Below, in pieces: positions 19,290 to 29,800 of a stretch of DNA of 64,000 nucleotides. This stretch comes from Candidatus Hodarchaeota archaeon. Lineage in GTDB: Archaea > Asgardarchaeota > Lokiarchaeia > Sigyniarchaeales > SOKP01. Each line of letters opens with the position of its first letter. The first letter of the stretch is position 1. Below the pieces are notes generated by a model. The model saw nothing but the letters and a program-made list of their open reading frames with translations. It was not told the origin of the DNA and ran no database searches. The DNA lies in assembly GCA_048887225.1 (NCBI GenBank), contig JBHLJY010000003.1, positions 1 to 64,000 on the forward strand, given 5' to 3'. Both the position numbers and the translations under genes were made by a program.

Positions 19290-20369
19290 ATGATTGAGGA
19301 ATTTCTTAAGAATGAAAGTAAAGCTGTTAATGAGGAACTAGAAAAATTCTTTGATGAACTTAATAAAACAGAAAAAGAGATCTTATTTGCTGATTTCAAT
19401 AGCCAACTAAGAGAATTTATAGCCCCCAAAAAAAGTAAAGCAAAAAGGCTTCATCCTATATTATTGATAGCTGCTTTTAGCGGTATAATCAATCCTTTGT
19501 ATTTAGAAGAACAAATAGATGAAATTCGAAAGGTCTCAATATCGGTTGAATTGCTACATAGCGGACATTTAATCCATGACGATCTTATTGATAATGATGA
19601 TACAAGGAGAGGCAAACCTACTTTCCATGTTCAATTAAGAAATGAAATAAGTAAAATCTACAAATCAATAGATATTCCTGATAAAGATGAGTTAATTAAA
19701 CTATATGGAAGGGATATGAGTGTTTTAGGAGGTTCTTTTGGCTATCTTTTAGGATTAAATGTAATAAGAACTTCAAAATTTCCTGAACAGCTAAAATTGC
19801 TAGCAATTAATGAATATTCTGAAGCTATTGATTACTTAATTAGAGGATCGATTATTGAAGAATACATGGAATATAATAATATGACTATGAGTTTGGAACA
19901 ATATCTAAATATAGCTGAATTACAGCGAGCAAGATTATTTGAGATCTCAACTAAAATAGGAGCAATTTTAGCTAGAGGGAATGTATATTATCAAATTAAA
20001 CCTCTAAGTGAAGCAATGCTTAAAATTGGTCAAGCTTTTGCTATTAGAGATGATATCCTCGATGTGGGAAAAGATATTTTAGGAAAGAAAAAAAAATTCA
20101 TATACATTATAGCTGTACAAAATACTGATGAAGATCAATCAAGAATATTAAATGAAATTTATCGAAAACCAAAAATAAGTAATAATGATATGCGGCAGGT
20201 TCAAAATATTTTTACACAAACAAATGCTTTAGTAATAGCAGAACACTTCTCTAAGAATTTAGTTGAACAAGCAAAAAATTCTCTAAAGGATATTTATCCA
20301 GACCTTAATAAAGAGCAGAAAGTCTTCTTTAATGAATTTGCCGATTATATTTATATGCGTAATATTTAA
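19290..20369 (+). CDS. Polyprenyl diphosphate synthase family protein (divergent)
   Basis: KRLHP, ELLHSGHLIHDDLIDNDDTRRGKPT, second Asp motif RDDILD. Confidence 0.85.
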   Translation: MIEEFLKNESKAVNEELEKFFDELNKTEKEILFADFNSQLREFIAPKKSKAKRLHPILLIAAFSGIINPLYLEEQIDEIRKVSISVELLHSGHLIHDDLIDNDDTRRGKPTFHVQLRNEISKIYKSIDIPDKDELIKLYGRDMSVLGGSFGYLLGLNVIRTSKFPEQLKLLAINEYSEAIDYLIRGSIIEEYMEYNNMTMSLEQYLNIAELQRARLFEISTKIGAILARGNVYYQIKPLSEAMLKIGQAFAIRDDILDVGKDILGKKKKFIYIIAVQNTDEDQSRILNEIYRKPKISNNDMRQVQNIFTQTNALVIAEHFSKNLVEQAKNSLKDIYPDLNKEQKVFFNEFADYIYMRNI

Positions 20370-20377
20370 AATATTCA

Positions 20378-20968
20378 TTAAATTACAGCTGCGTCAACTT
20401 GATGTCTTTTTAACATTAAATTAGTAAGTTCTTTGAAAACTTCTAATATATTATAATTTTCAAGGGCAGAAGTTCTTAAAAAGCCATCAAGCTGCTTTTC
20501 TTTGACATAATCTTCTATTAAATCTTGACGAACTGATTCAGCTTTAGGTGTTTTTTTTAATAAATCCCTTTTACTTCCAACTAAAATTTTTGGTATTGAT
20601 TTCTCGGAGTTCTCAATCAATTTATCGTACCAAAAATCTAATTGTTGAAAAGAAGAAAAATTTACTGAGTCAAATAATATTAGTGCTCCATTTGCACCAT
20701 CAATAAATTTCGGGATTAATGGTTTAAAACGTTCTTGACCACCAAAATCAAATATGGAATTTACAACAAAGGTCTCATCTTTTGTTCCATCTTTAAATTT
20801 TATTCTTAGATAAGTTGAATGAAAATTAATTCCTATTGTCATATCCGTATTCATTTTAAAGGAATTGAAACAAAATCTGTTAAAAAGACAAGTCTTGCCA
20901 ACTCCAGGGGCACCTAAAATCACGATCTTAAAAGCATAGCTCACTTTTTCTTCCGGGATATATGGCAC
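20378..20968 (-). CDS. Ras-superfamily small GTPase (Rab-like)
   Basis: G1 GAPGVGKT, G2 TIG, G3 DFGGQERF, G4 SKRD, G5 TSA; no C-terminal Cys. Confidence 0.93.
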   Translation of the reverse strand: MPYIPEEKVSYAFKIVILGAPGVGKTCLFNRFCFNSFKMNTDMTIGINFHSTYLRIKFKDGTKDETFVVNSIFDFGGQERFKPLIPKFIDGANGALILFDSVNFSSFQQLDFWYDKLIENSEKSIPKILVGSKRDLLKKTPKAESVRQDLIEDYVKEKQLDGFLRTSALENYNILEVFKELTNLMLKRHQVDAAVI

Positions 20969-21130
20969 GACTCTCTCCCTCTTCCAGAATTTTAATTTTT
21001 AGTATATTGTAATCTTGAAAAAGTAAATAATTCTTAGTTAAATAAAATTATTATTATGTATAATGCGAAAATCTAAATTTTAGGGCTCTCTATTATATAC
21101 ATATAAGTGTATACCATTAAATGATATCTC

Positions 21131-22039
21131 ATGGTCGTAAAACTTCCAGCTGAAAAAATTGTAATAAGACCTCCGATTGAAGCATATTCTATTTTGATAC
21201 CCGTCACTGGAGGGTGTTCTTGGAATAAATGCAAATTTTGTGGGACTTACAAAGGAATGTATGGGGGTATTCAAGATTATACGATACGACCTTTAGAAGA
21301 TGTAAAAATGAACATAGATTATTATTCTGAAAGAAATTATCATGGATTTCCCGTTTTTTTAGCAGGAGGTAACCCAACCTCTGCTCCTACGGAATATCTT
21401 GTTGAAATCATAGAATATATCAGACAAAAGCTTAAAAATATTCCAAGGGTTAGTAGTTATGCTAAAGCATTAGATATTTTAAGAAAAACTGATTGGGAAT
21501 TAAAGCAATTAGCAGCTGCAGGATTAGATATTGTATACATGGGATTAGAAAGTGGAAGTAGTAAAATATTAAGAATTATGAAAAAGGGGACAAATGCAGA
21601 ATCTATGATTAAATCTGGTAAAAACCTTTTGAATGCTGGAATAAAATTAAGCTTATATATAATCCTTGGTTTAGGTAGCTACAAATATTCTGAAGAACAC
21701 GTTAGAGAAACTGCAAGGGTTCTGACTGAGATTAATCCAACAATATTTCGATTCAGGACTTTAAATATTTTGCCAAATACTCCACTTTGGAACGAATGGA
21801 AATCAGGGGAATTTAAAATGTTGAAACCTGTTGATAATTTAAAAGAGGAGAGGGATATTATTGCTAATTTAGGAGATAATGTGACTTCTCAAGTATATAA
21901 CGACCATATCTCTAATTATTGCGAGCTTGAATCGTCAAACATCAAAGAAGACAGAGATATGTTTATAAAAACATTAGATTCTTTTATTAACGACCCCAGA
22001 ATTCAAAATTTACCTAGGAAAAATTTACTTCATATGTAA
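21131..22039 (+). CDS. Radical SAM protein (paralogue of 13863..14795)
   Basis: RPPIEAYSILIPVTGGCSWNKCKFC, YMGLESG, NDHISNY. Confidence 0.9.
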   Translation: MVVKLPAEKIVIRPPIEAYSILIPVTGGCSWNKCKFCGTYKGMYGGIQDYTIRPLEDVKMNIDYYSERNYHGFPVFLAGGNPTSAPTEYLVEIIEYIRQKLKNIPRVSSYAKALDILRKTDWELKQLAAAGLDIVYMGLESGSSKILRIMKKGTNAESMIKSGKNLLNAGIKLSLYIILGLGSYKYSEEHVRETARVLTEINPTIFRFRTLNILPNTPLWNEWKSGEFKMLKPVDNLKEERDIIANLGDNVTSQVYNDHISNYCELESSNIKEDRDMFIKTLDSFINDPRIQNLPRKNLLHM

Positions 22040-22129
22040 GTACTAGTAATAAAGTTTTATAAAGAGAATTATCTTTATATCCAAAAATTAAATAAAAAAA
22101 TTAACAAAAAAATAAACAGTGATCATAAG

Positions 22130-23596
22130 ATGACCGATTATTATCGTAAAAAAATCCATTATAATGATATTATAGCAACTTTTGATGATGCGTTAATTCT
22201 ACCAGGATATACTTATTTTAATCCAAATGAGGTTGATATATCTTCGAAACTTGGAAAATACAATTTTAATCTACCAATAATTTCTGCTGCGATGGACACG
22301 GTGACTGAAGAAGAGATGGCTATTAAAATGGCGTTATTCGGTGGACTAGGTGTACTCCACCGTAATTGTTCTTATGAAAAACAATTGAAGATGGTTCGAC
22401 ATGTAAAAAGAGCACGATCCTTTGTAATAGATGATGTCGCAACAATATCTCCTGATGATCGTGTATCCAAAGCAAAAAATTTCATGGAATCATATAATAT
22501 TAGCGGACTTGTTGTTGTTAATGATGACAACAAAGTTTGCGGTATTTTTACTAAAAGAGATATTCCGTATTCAGAAGAAGAATGCAAAAAATTGGTCAAA
22601 GATTATATGTCCAAGGATGTTGTTTCTATTAAACCAGGAGCATCTCGAGAAGAAGCTATGAACAAATTATTTGAATACAGAATAGAAAAATTGCCAATTA
22701 TCGAAGATGACCAATTAAAAGGGCTGATTACTAGAAAAGATTTAAAACCTGAATTTCCCTTAGCATCAATAGACGAAGAAGGGAGATTATTATGTGCCCT
22801 GGCAATAAGCCCAAAATATCCTGAATCTACTGAAGCTATAAATTCCCTTAAAGAAATTGATAAATTTGTGGATCTTTTCTTTATAGATGTTGCGGATTTT
22901 TACAAAAAAGAAGATATAGAGGGGACAAGAAAATTAATGGACTTGTTAGATGCGGATTTTGTAATCGGCAACATTGGAACTTATGAAGCTGCGGAGTTCA
23001 TTATAACCAAGTGTGATTATCATGCGGAAAAATTTATGGGATTAAAGGTTGGAATGGGCAGCGGTAGTATTTGTACTACATCCATTCAAACTGGAGTAGG
23101 TGCGCCAACTTTTTATGCCACAGCTCAAGTTGCAGATGCAATAGCTGATTATAATCCTAAAATTGGATTAATAGCAGATGGCGGTTTTAAAAATCCAGGT
23201 GATTTGCCAAAAGCCTTTGCAGCTGGAGCAGAACTTATAATGTCTGGACATTTTTTCGCCGGATGTACTGAAAGTCCAGGATTTATCGACACTATTCAAG
23301 GTAGAAAAGTAAAAGTTTATCGAGGAATGGGGAGCAAAGAGGCTAGATCTGTAGGTAATTTTATATCTGATCGTTATGGTGAAATTTCAAAGACTTTAGC
23401 AGAAGGAATTTCTGGATATTTACCTTATGTTGGTGATCTATCTGCTGTTTTATCTTCATTGGAAGAAGGTTTAAGAAATGGCATGGTATATGCAGGAGCA
23501 CGAAGTATAGAAGAAATGAAAAATGTTAAAATGGGAATTGTAACTGTTGTTGGTCAAAAAGAGCAAGGACCTCATGATCTTTTTGGGCGGTTCTAG
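22130..23596 (+). CDS. guaB: IMP dehydrogenase with CBS pair
   Basis: TFDDALILP, ISAAMDTVT, GMGSGSICTT, IADGG, YRGMGS, EG. Confidence 0.95.
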   Translation: MTDYYRKKIHYNDIIATFDDALILPGYTYFNPNEVDISSKLGKYNFNLPIISAAMDTVTEEEMAIKMALFGGLGVLHRNCSYEKQLKMVRHVKRARSFVIDDVATISPDDRVSKAKNFMESYNISGLVVVNDDNKVCGIFTKRDIPYSEEECKKLVKDYMSKDVVSIKPGASREEAMNKLFEYRIEKLPIIEDDQLKGLITRKDLKPEFPLASIDEEGRLLCALAISPKYPESTEAINSLKEIDKFVDLFFIDVADFYKKEDIEGTRKLMDLLDADFVIGNIGTYEAAEFIITKCDYHAEKFMGLKVGMGSGSICTTSIQTGVGAPTFYATAQVADAIADYNPKIGLIADGGFKNPGDLPKAFAAGAELIMSGHFFAGCTESPGFIDTIQGRKVKVYRGMGSKEARSVGNFISDRYGEISKTLAEGISGYLPYVGDLSAVLSSLEEGLRNGMVYAGARSIEEMKNVKMGIVTVVGQKEQGPHDLFGRF

Positions 23597-23764
23597 GTGT
23601 CTTATTTTGCAATAAAATAATTTTCTCTTTTTAAAGATAAATTATTTGTCATATGTTTGCTATTTCTGATTATTAAATATTCATTAATAAATTATTAACG
23701 ATATTAAACATTACATTACATAATACCAGATCTTTATTGAAATTTAAAACGAAGCTGATTTTTT

Positions 23765-25366
23765 ATGAAGAAAATTGAAAGAGCAATCATAAGTGTATTT
23801 GATAAGAGCGACCTATTGGATTTTGTAAAAATTTTGGTTGAAGATTATGGAGTTGAAATACTTTCAACAGGAGGGACTGGTAGATTCTTAGAAGAAAACG
23901 GAATAAAATACGTAAAAATATCAGAATATACAAATTCCCCTGAGCTGTTTAATGGCCGAGTGAAAACTTTACATCCAAAAATAGAAGGAGGAATTTTATA
24001 TCGTCGAAATGTTCAAAAAGATATAGAAGATGCAGAAAGATTTCATATTCGTTCCATAGATATGGTTGTGTGTAATTTATATCAATTTAAAGAAGCCATT
24101 GAGAAACCGAATATCACTTTAGAAGAAGCATTAGAAATGATTGACATAGGCGGTCCAACGATGATTAGATCGGCTGCAAAGAATTTTCCGGATGTGATAG
24201 TGATTCCTAGCTCTGAATATTATGACGAAATAATAGCTGAGATGAGAAAGAATAAAGGGGCAATAACGGAAAAAACTAGAGCCATGTTAGCTCAAGAAGT
24301 ATTTGCAATTATGGCTGATTATAACTTAGCAATAGCGAATTATCTGCAGCAATATTATAATCCTGATGTAAAAATGGGAGATAAAATGTATAAGATCTAT
24401 GAAAAAGTCCAAGATTGCAGATATGGAGAAAACTGGGACCAAATGGCAGCATATTATAAAGATCTTTCTGCTAAATATGGTTTACACGATTTAAAGCAAT
24501 TAAGTGGAAAGCAAATTTCTTTCAATAATTACCTCGATATCGATTCATGTATGCAAATTCTATTAGATTTTGGAAAAAAAAATTATGTTACTGCTATTCT
24601 GAAACATACATCTCCCAATGGCATTGCTATTGATAGAAAAGACCAATTAACATCCGTTAAAAAAGCATTTAGTACAGATCCATTATCTGCATTTGGAGGA
24701 ATATGGGGAGTTAATAAAGAATTTACCAAAGAAGTTGCAGATTTCATAATTAAAGAAAAAATCTTTGTCGAGGTGATAATGGCACCAAAATTTAAACCAG
24801 ATGCACTCGAATTATTGAAAAAGAAAAAAAATATGATAATTTTAGAATATGGCGATTTACTTGATAAAAGAGAAGAGCTTTATATGAATTTCGAGATTCG
24901 TAGTGTTTTGGGTGGAGCTGTAGTTCAAGAATATGATTCTAAACCAGTGATTAAGGAATGGAAAGTTGTTAGTAAAAAGCAAGTAAGCGAGATAGAAAAA
25001 AATGCTTTGATTTTTGCATATAAAGTTTCTAAATGGGCGAAATCAAATTCGGCATGTTTTGCCCAAATCTACGATAATGGGATGTATACGATAGGAATCG
25101 GTGCTGGACAACAAAGCCGTGTTCATGTTGTAAAATTAGCTGCCCAAAAAGCAAAAGAATTTGGACATGAGGCAAAATTAAAAGATTCCGTAATGGGAAC
25201 TGATTCTTTTTTTCCATTTCCAGATGGTTTGGAAGCTGCTGTAGAACTAGGAGCGAAAGCGATTATTAATCCTGGAGGTTCAATTAGAGATGACGAAATT
25301 ATAAAAAGAGCTGACGAATTAGGCGTTGCACTTGTTTTTTGTGGGAAAAGAGTATTTCGTCATTAA
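23765..25366 (+). CDS. purH: Bifunctional AICAR transformylase/IMP cyclohydrolase
   Basis: ISVFDK, STGGT, GRVKTLHP, IDIGGPTMIRSAAKN, RYGEN, SAFGG, KSN, DSFFPF, PGGS, RVFRH. Confidence 0.97.
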   Translation: MKKIERAIISVFDKSDLLDFVKILVEDYGVEILSTGGTGRFLEENGIKYVKISEYTNSPELFNGRVKTLHPKIEGGILYRRNVQKDIEDAERFHIRSIDMVVCNLYQFKEAIEKPNITLEEALEMIDIGGPTMIRSAAKNFPDVIVIPSSEYYDEIIAEMRKNKGAITEKTRAMLAQEVFAIMADYNLAIANYLQQYYNPDVKMGDKMYKIYEKVQDCRYGENWDQMAAYYKDLSAKYGLHDLKQLSGKQISFNNYLDIDSCMQILLDFGKKNYVTAILKHTSPNGIAIDRKDQLTSVKKAFSTDPLSAFGGIWGVNKEFTKEVADFIIKEKIFVEVIMAPKFKPDALELLKKKKNMIILEYGDLLDKREELYMNFEIRSVLGGAVVQEYDSKPVIKEWKVVSKKQVSEIEKNALIFAYKVSKWAKSNSACFAQIYDNGMYTIGIGAGQQSRVHVVKLAAQKAKEFGHEAKLKDSVMGTDSFFPFPDGLEAAVELGAKAIINPGGSIRDDEIIKRADELGVALVFCGKRVFRH

Positions 25367-25704
25367 TGATGTTCCAATAGTTTTATTAACACATTAATAT
25401 TAAGATGGATTTCTTTGTATGTAAAAAAAAGTACCTTTATTTTAGTTAAAATATGAAAATCTTCCACATCTCATTAAAAATCATATAGAAAACTTTACAG
25501 AATGTTATTTACAAAGCCAAATTTTGTTTTAAATATAGTTTTCTGATAATTTTTCTAAAAAAAATAAATTTATAAACTCGTAAATATAATTTTTTTTATA
25601 TACTCAAATAATCGATTGCAATAATAAACTTAATATTTTCTTTTAAAAAGCAAAGGGATTTATTTTTATCAATTTATTCATTTTAAGAGGCATATTAATT
25701 AAAA

Positions 25705-25992
25705 ATGGATTTTTTTTTAAAGAATTTGCGCGAAACGCTTGACGCGATCAATAAATTAATAGATAATAATATTTATATTGTAAATTGTAAACGAATAAGA
25801 AGATGTTATAATATTAAATCTTCTGATCGTTCTAAGATCAATTTTATATGGAGGTCTTTAAATTATCTCCAGGAAGAGGGAATTCTCGAAGCAAATGGTG
25901 CAGTTAAGCCCAAAAATTATAAAATTAGAAATAGTGAAAAAATAAATATAGAAGAATTTATTTCTCTGATTGATAGAACAAAGAATAGATAA
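25705..25992 (+). CDS. Small basic hypothetical protein, possible winged helix
   Basis: 95 aa; FIWRSLNYLQEEGILE followed by a beta-hairpin-like segment. Confidence 0.55.
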   Translation: MDFFLKNLRETLDAINKLIDNNIYIVNCKRIRRCYNIKSSDRSKINFIWRSLNYLQEEGILEANGAVKPKNYKIRNSEKINIEEFISLIDRTKNR

Positions 25993-26019
25993 AAGCTAAA
26001 TAATCTATATTATTTTTGA

Positions 26020-28743
26020 TTAAATTAACTTTAGACTGATTAATAATTCATTAAGGTTTGTTTCTGATTCGTTATCTTCTGGATTTTTAATCAATCTTTT
26101 TTGATAAAAAATAATGTTTGGGTATTTTGATTCAATCTCGTTAAATAGCCTTACCCAAGATCTAAAATCCTCCAAAAGTTCATACATAGCAGGATCTTCT
26201 TCAAAGGATTTGACTTCATCTTTATCTTTAAAAGCTTCCAAGTCTTTTGAAAGTTTTTTATATTTTCTCACAGTAAATCCTTGATCGGCTAATAATTTCT
26301 TATTAACCCGTTTAATAAAACTTTCTAAACCATCTCTCCAAAATACATACTTTTCGTTTATTTTATCAATTGAATCCTTTACTATTTTAATCTCCTGAGG
26401 AAATATTGTTTCATTCCGCTTTATTAAAATTTTTTTTATTTTTTGAAATTCAAATTTAAATTTTTGAATATATTTGTTTATTCTCTTCTCAAATTCATGC
26501 AGATATGTGTTATAATCTTTAGCAAATAAAATATCATCGCTTGAAAATGTAAGGGTCTCTTCGTCAAAAACTCCTCTTAATTTCTTTTTTTTGACTAATT
26601 CAAAAAAAATTTCTTTTAAAAGTTCGATCTCATTAGGAGATAATTCTTTACCATAAAATAAATCACTAAACGAAAAAAGAAAATTATTTTCAAGCATTAA
26701 ATTACGGATACCTTTTTCTGTATAAAATACAATTTCTTCACCATTATCGTAAAAGATCCCTTTTAATTTACCATCTTTCTCTAATTCCTTTATTAAATTT
26801 TCAATTAGTTCTGATTTTATATCGAAATTTCCCAGAGAAATGTGATTCATGGATTTAGAATTTTCAATTAATTTCAATCTTATATCATTTTTAGCCATTT
26901 CGATTTTCCTTTGATTCAAGATTAAAATATCGTCCTTTTTTAAAAAATTTATATCCAATTCATTCATGAATTCGAAGAAACTATCGTATTCCATTCCTAA
27001 TTTTTCAAGGTATTCGCTTATTTTTATTTGATCTTGTTTTTTTATCTCATTTCCAATTGATTTATAATTTTCGGCAATCTTTGTTAATATTAGGTTTTTT
27101 TCTATGTTAAGCTCTTTTGCAATTAGATCAATTTTTTCGGCTTCATTTGAAATTAAATTAATCTTATCAATTTTTTTTTTTATAAGTTTGGAATAATAAA
27201 AAATCTCTTTATTTTTATCCCAGAATCCGCTTCTAAGATCAATAATATATTCCAAAACATCCATTATTAAGATTTTATGGATCTTTAACTTCTTTGATAT
27301 TTTATTTAAATCAAAAAATCCTACTATTTTTGAATTTTCAATCTCGTTTTCAATTTTAATTTTTCCTATATTTGTTAACCAAACAGTTTCTTTACGAAAA
27401 TTAGTTAAATATTCTTCAGGTAAATTTTTTATCAATAAAATAAAATGATCTTCATTTAATTTTTCTCTATATTCTTTTAAATTGACAATATTATATTTTG
27501 CTGCGGTTGATGCTATATTATCTTTTATTTTTTTTAAAGAATAATATGTGTTTCCATTTTTACTTAATAAAAAGTCTTGTTTCGTGTCTAAAATAATATT
27601 ATGAACGAGATCAGGAGGTAAAAAATCATATTTGTTTTCTATATTAACAATACCTCTTTTTTGAACATCATCATCTATTTCAGATTTCAAATAATTATAA
27701 GGATAAAAAAATCCCAGTTTTGAGAAATACCCGTTAATATGTCCTAATTTAATTAATGTATTAATTAATATTTTTAATTCGTTATTACTTTCAATTATTT
27801 GAGAGAATATTTCTGCTAATTTACGATTTGAAATTTTACTTTTTTTATTAAAAACTTTAAGAAGTTTTTCTTTCTCCAATTCGTAGAAACTAATAATATT
27901 TTTGTTCTCATGGTTAATATAGAAATAAATTTCCTTATCTTTGAATCGAGATTTTTTAATTTTTGAAATCCTATCTTTTAATTGAGAGGACTCCTTTTTT
28001 GATAAATCGTATCTTTTCATTAAAAACAAGTCATCCATATATTTTATTAATTCGTCACCCTTTAGATATTGGAAATTAACAATTTTCAAGGAAGGAAAAA
28101 ATTTTTTCCACAGATCAATTATTTTTAAAAGAATTTCAGAAGTTTTATCTTTTAAATAAGTTAGCGTTAAAGATTTTGAAAAATTTCTGAATTTATAGAG
28201 TTGTTCAAAATCTAAACTTTTAATTTCAATGTAATCAAGAAAATTTAATAATGAAAAGATATTTTCTCGTTTAGTTTCAAAAGATAGAGCATTTAAAATA
28301 ACATTACCATAAGATTTCATTAAATTCGGACTGATTTTAATAAATTCTTGCAAAAAGTAATGAGCATTATCCCTCACGTCTTCCACTTTATTATTTAAAA
28401 GATTAACAAAGTCAGGAAAATTTTTTTCGATATAGTTAGAATTTCTAAGTAAGAAGAAACCTAAAATTATAATAGAATTAATTTTCAATTTCACATTGCT
28501 AGAACGAATAAATGGTTTGATTTTCTCAATTAAACATTCTTTAATTAAATCAACATTGTTTTCAGCAATTATACTTAAAATATACGTTATTGAAACAGCA
28601 AGATCTGAATTTTCTAAGAGATTTTCAAGATCATCAATCAATCTTGCAACTTTTTCAATTTTTTGCCTAGAATAAATTTTATTAATTTTTTCAACAATGT
28701 TTCTAAGTGAGGGATACTCTTCAAATTCTTCCACATCAAACAT
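26020..28743 (-). CDS. HEAT-repeat N-terminus, tandem PCI/winged-helix repeats and coiled-coil C-terminus
   Basis: HEAT-like LLNNKVEDVRDNAHYFL; repeated LIKLGHINGYF, LEKDGKLKGIFY, LVKKKKLRGVFDEET wing motifs. Confidence 0.6.
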   Translation of the reverse strand: MFDVEEFEEYPSLRNIVEKINKIYSRQKIEKVARLIDDLENLLENSDLAVSITYILSIIAENNVDLIKECLIEKIKPFIRSSNVKLKINSIIILGFFLLRNSNYIEKNFPDFVNLLNNKVEDVRDNAHYFLQEFIKISPNLMKSYGNVILNALSFETKRENIFSLLNFLDYIEIKSLDFEQLYKFRNFSKSLTLTYLKDKTSEILLKIIDLWKKFFPSLKIVNFQYLKGDELIKYMDDLFLMKRYDLSKKESSQLKDRISKIKKSRFKDKEIYFYINHENKNIISFYELEKEKLLKVFNKKSKISNRKLAEIFSQIIESNNELKILINTLIKLGHINGYFSKLGFFYPYNYLKSEIDDDVQKRGIVNIENKYDFLPPDLVHNIILDTKQDFLLSKNGNTYYSLKKIKDNIASTAAKYNIVNLKEYREKLNEDHFILLIKNLPEEYLTNFRKETVWLTNIGKIKIENEIENSKIVGFFDLNKISKKLKIHKILIMDVLEYIIDLRSGFWDKNKEIFYYSKLIKKKIDKINLISNEAEKIDLIAKELNIEKNLILTKIAENYKSIGNEIKKQDQIKISEYLEKLGMEYDSFFEFMNELDINFLKKDDILILNQRKIEMAKNDIRLKLIENSKSMNHISLGNFDIKSELIENLIKELEKDGKLKGIFYDNGEEIVFYTEKGIRNLMLENNFLFSFSDLFYGKELSPNEIELLKEIFFELVKKKKLRGVFDEETLTFSSDDILFAKDYNTYLHEFEKRINKYIQKFKFEFQKIKKILIKRNETIFPQEIKIVKDSIDKINEKYVFWRDGLESFIKRVNKKLLADQGFTVRKYKKLSKDLEAFKDKDEVKSFEEDPAMYELLEDFRSWVRLFNEIESKYPNIIFYQKRLIKNPEDNESETNLNELLISLKLI

Positions 28744-28954
28744 TATTAAAATAGATATTATTTACCATAATAAGTATTTTTTGTATGAGACTATATCCGT
28801 GTGGAAAGTTTATTTTCTGAACTTCACTTAATTTCTTAAAACATAATTATTCATTTAGATTTATTAAAGTCATTTCTCGTCTTTAATCTTGGCTCCCGTT
28901 GTGTAATTAAGGAAGTAAAAAACAATAGAATAAAAGAAAAAAAAAAAATTAAAT

Positions 28955-29635
28955 TTAATCAATTTCGTCAGGTTCTACTGCGATATGGCTTAAGAGGTAG
29001 TCAATTTGTTCTGCTTTTTTGTTAACATTGAGTACTGTGTGCAAGGAGATTACTTCATCTGCTCTTCCCGGCATTAATGTTATCGAACCAGCTCTTAAAA
29101 TGAAGAATTCAAATACATCAGGAATTTCCTTTTTAAGACGAAGACTCTTTACAGGAAATCGTTCAGCAGCAGCGAATATTCCTTTCTTATGGTAGAGCTC
29201 ATTACGTTCAACTAGCCAATAATCGAATAGAGCAGCAAGCCAGACAAAAAATAGAATAAGCAACAACATAAGTGTCATAGCCATGTAGAAATTTGCTGTA
29301 AGACCAGGATTCCAAGTTATATCTGCTAATGTTGGTATACCATAAGTTGGTATAATCCAAAATATTAGCAATAATATAAAAATTACAATTGCCAAAATTA
29401 GAATAAAGAATTTAGCAGAACCAAAGTCAAATGCTATAACGAATAGATTGCAAAACAATACAATAAGCCAGAAAATACCTAACCATTGTGCTGGTTGTTC
29501 GCCGATACCAAATTGAATAGGCCATAAAATTGCTGAAGTTAATAATAGAGGCCAAAGGAAAATTATTTTTGGATAAGATCTTAATTTAATTTCTGTAATT
29601 GGCTTTGTGGCTTTTTTCTTTTTTTCTGAAGACAT
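28955..29635 (-). CDS. Conserved-looking 4-TM membrane protein with soluble C-terminal domain
   Basis: YPKIIFLWP, four TMs, then KEIPDVFEFFILRAGSITL. Confidence 0.7.
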   Translation of the reverse strand: MSSEKKKKATKPITEIKLRSYPKIIFLWPLLLTSAILWPIQFGIGEQPAQWLGIFWLIVLFCNLFVIAFDFGSAKFFILILAIVIFILLLIFWIIPTYGIPTLADITWNPGLTANFYMAMTLMLLLILFFVWLAALFDYWLVERNELYHKKGIFAAAERFPVKSLRLKKEIPDVFEFFILRAGSITLMPGRADEVISLHTVLNVNKKAEQIDYLLSHIAVEPDEID

Positions 29636-29800
29636 TTAAATCACATGTTTTGTTTTTTTTTTATACTTTTTATTTAAATAACAGTATTATTTAAAATAAT
29701 TATAAATCGGCTATTTAAAGCTTGTTATACCTTAAATAGTATGATTAGATATTGTAATGAAATTGATTCTAAAAATAGCAAATTTTATAATTTGAAATTT

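Noticed and set aside
28745-28950. Slightly GC-richer intergenic segment, possible sRNA or remnant
   Set aside because: No ORF or convincing structure found.
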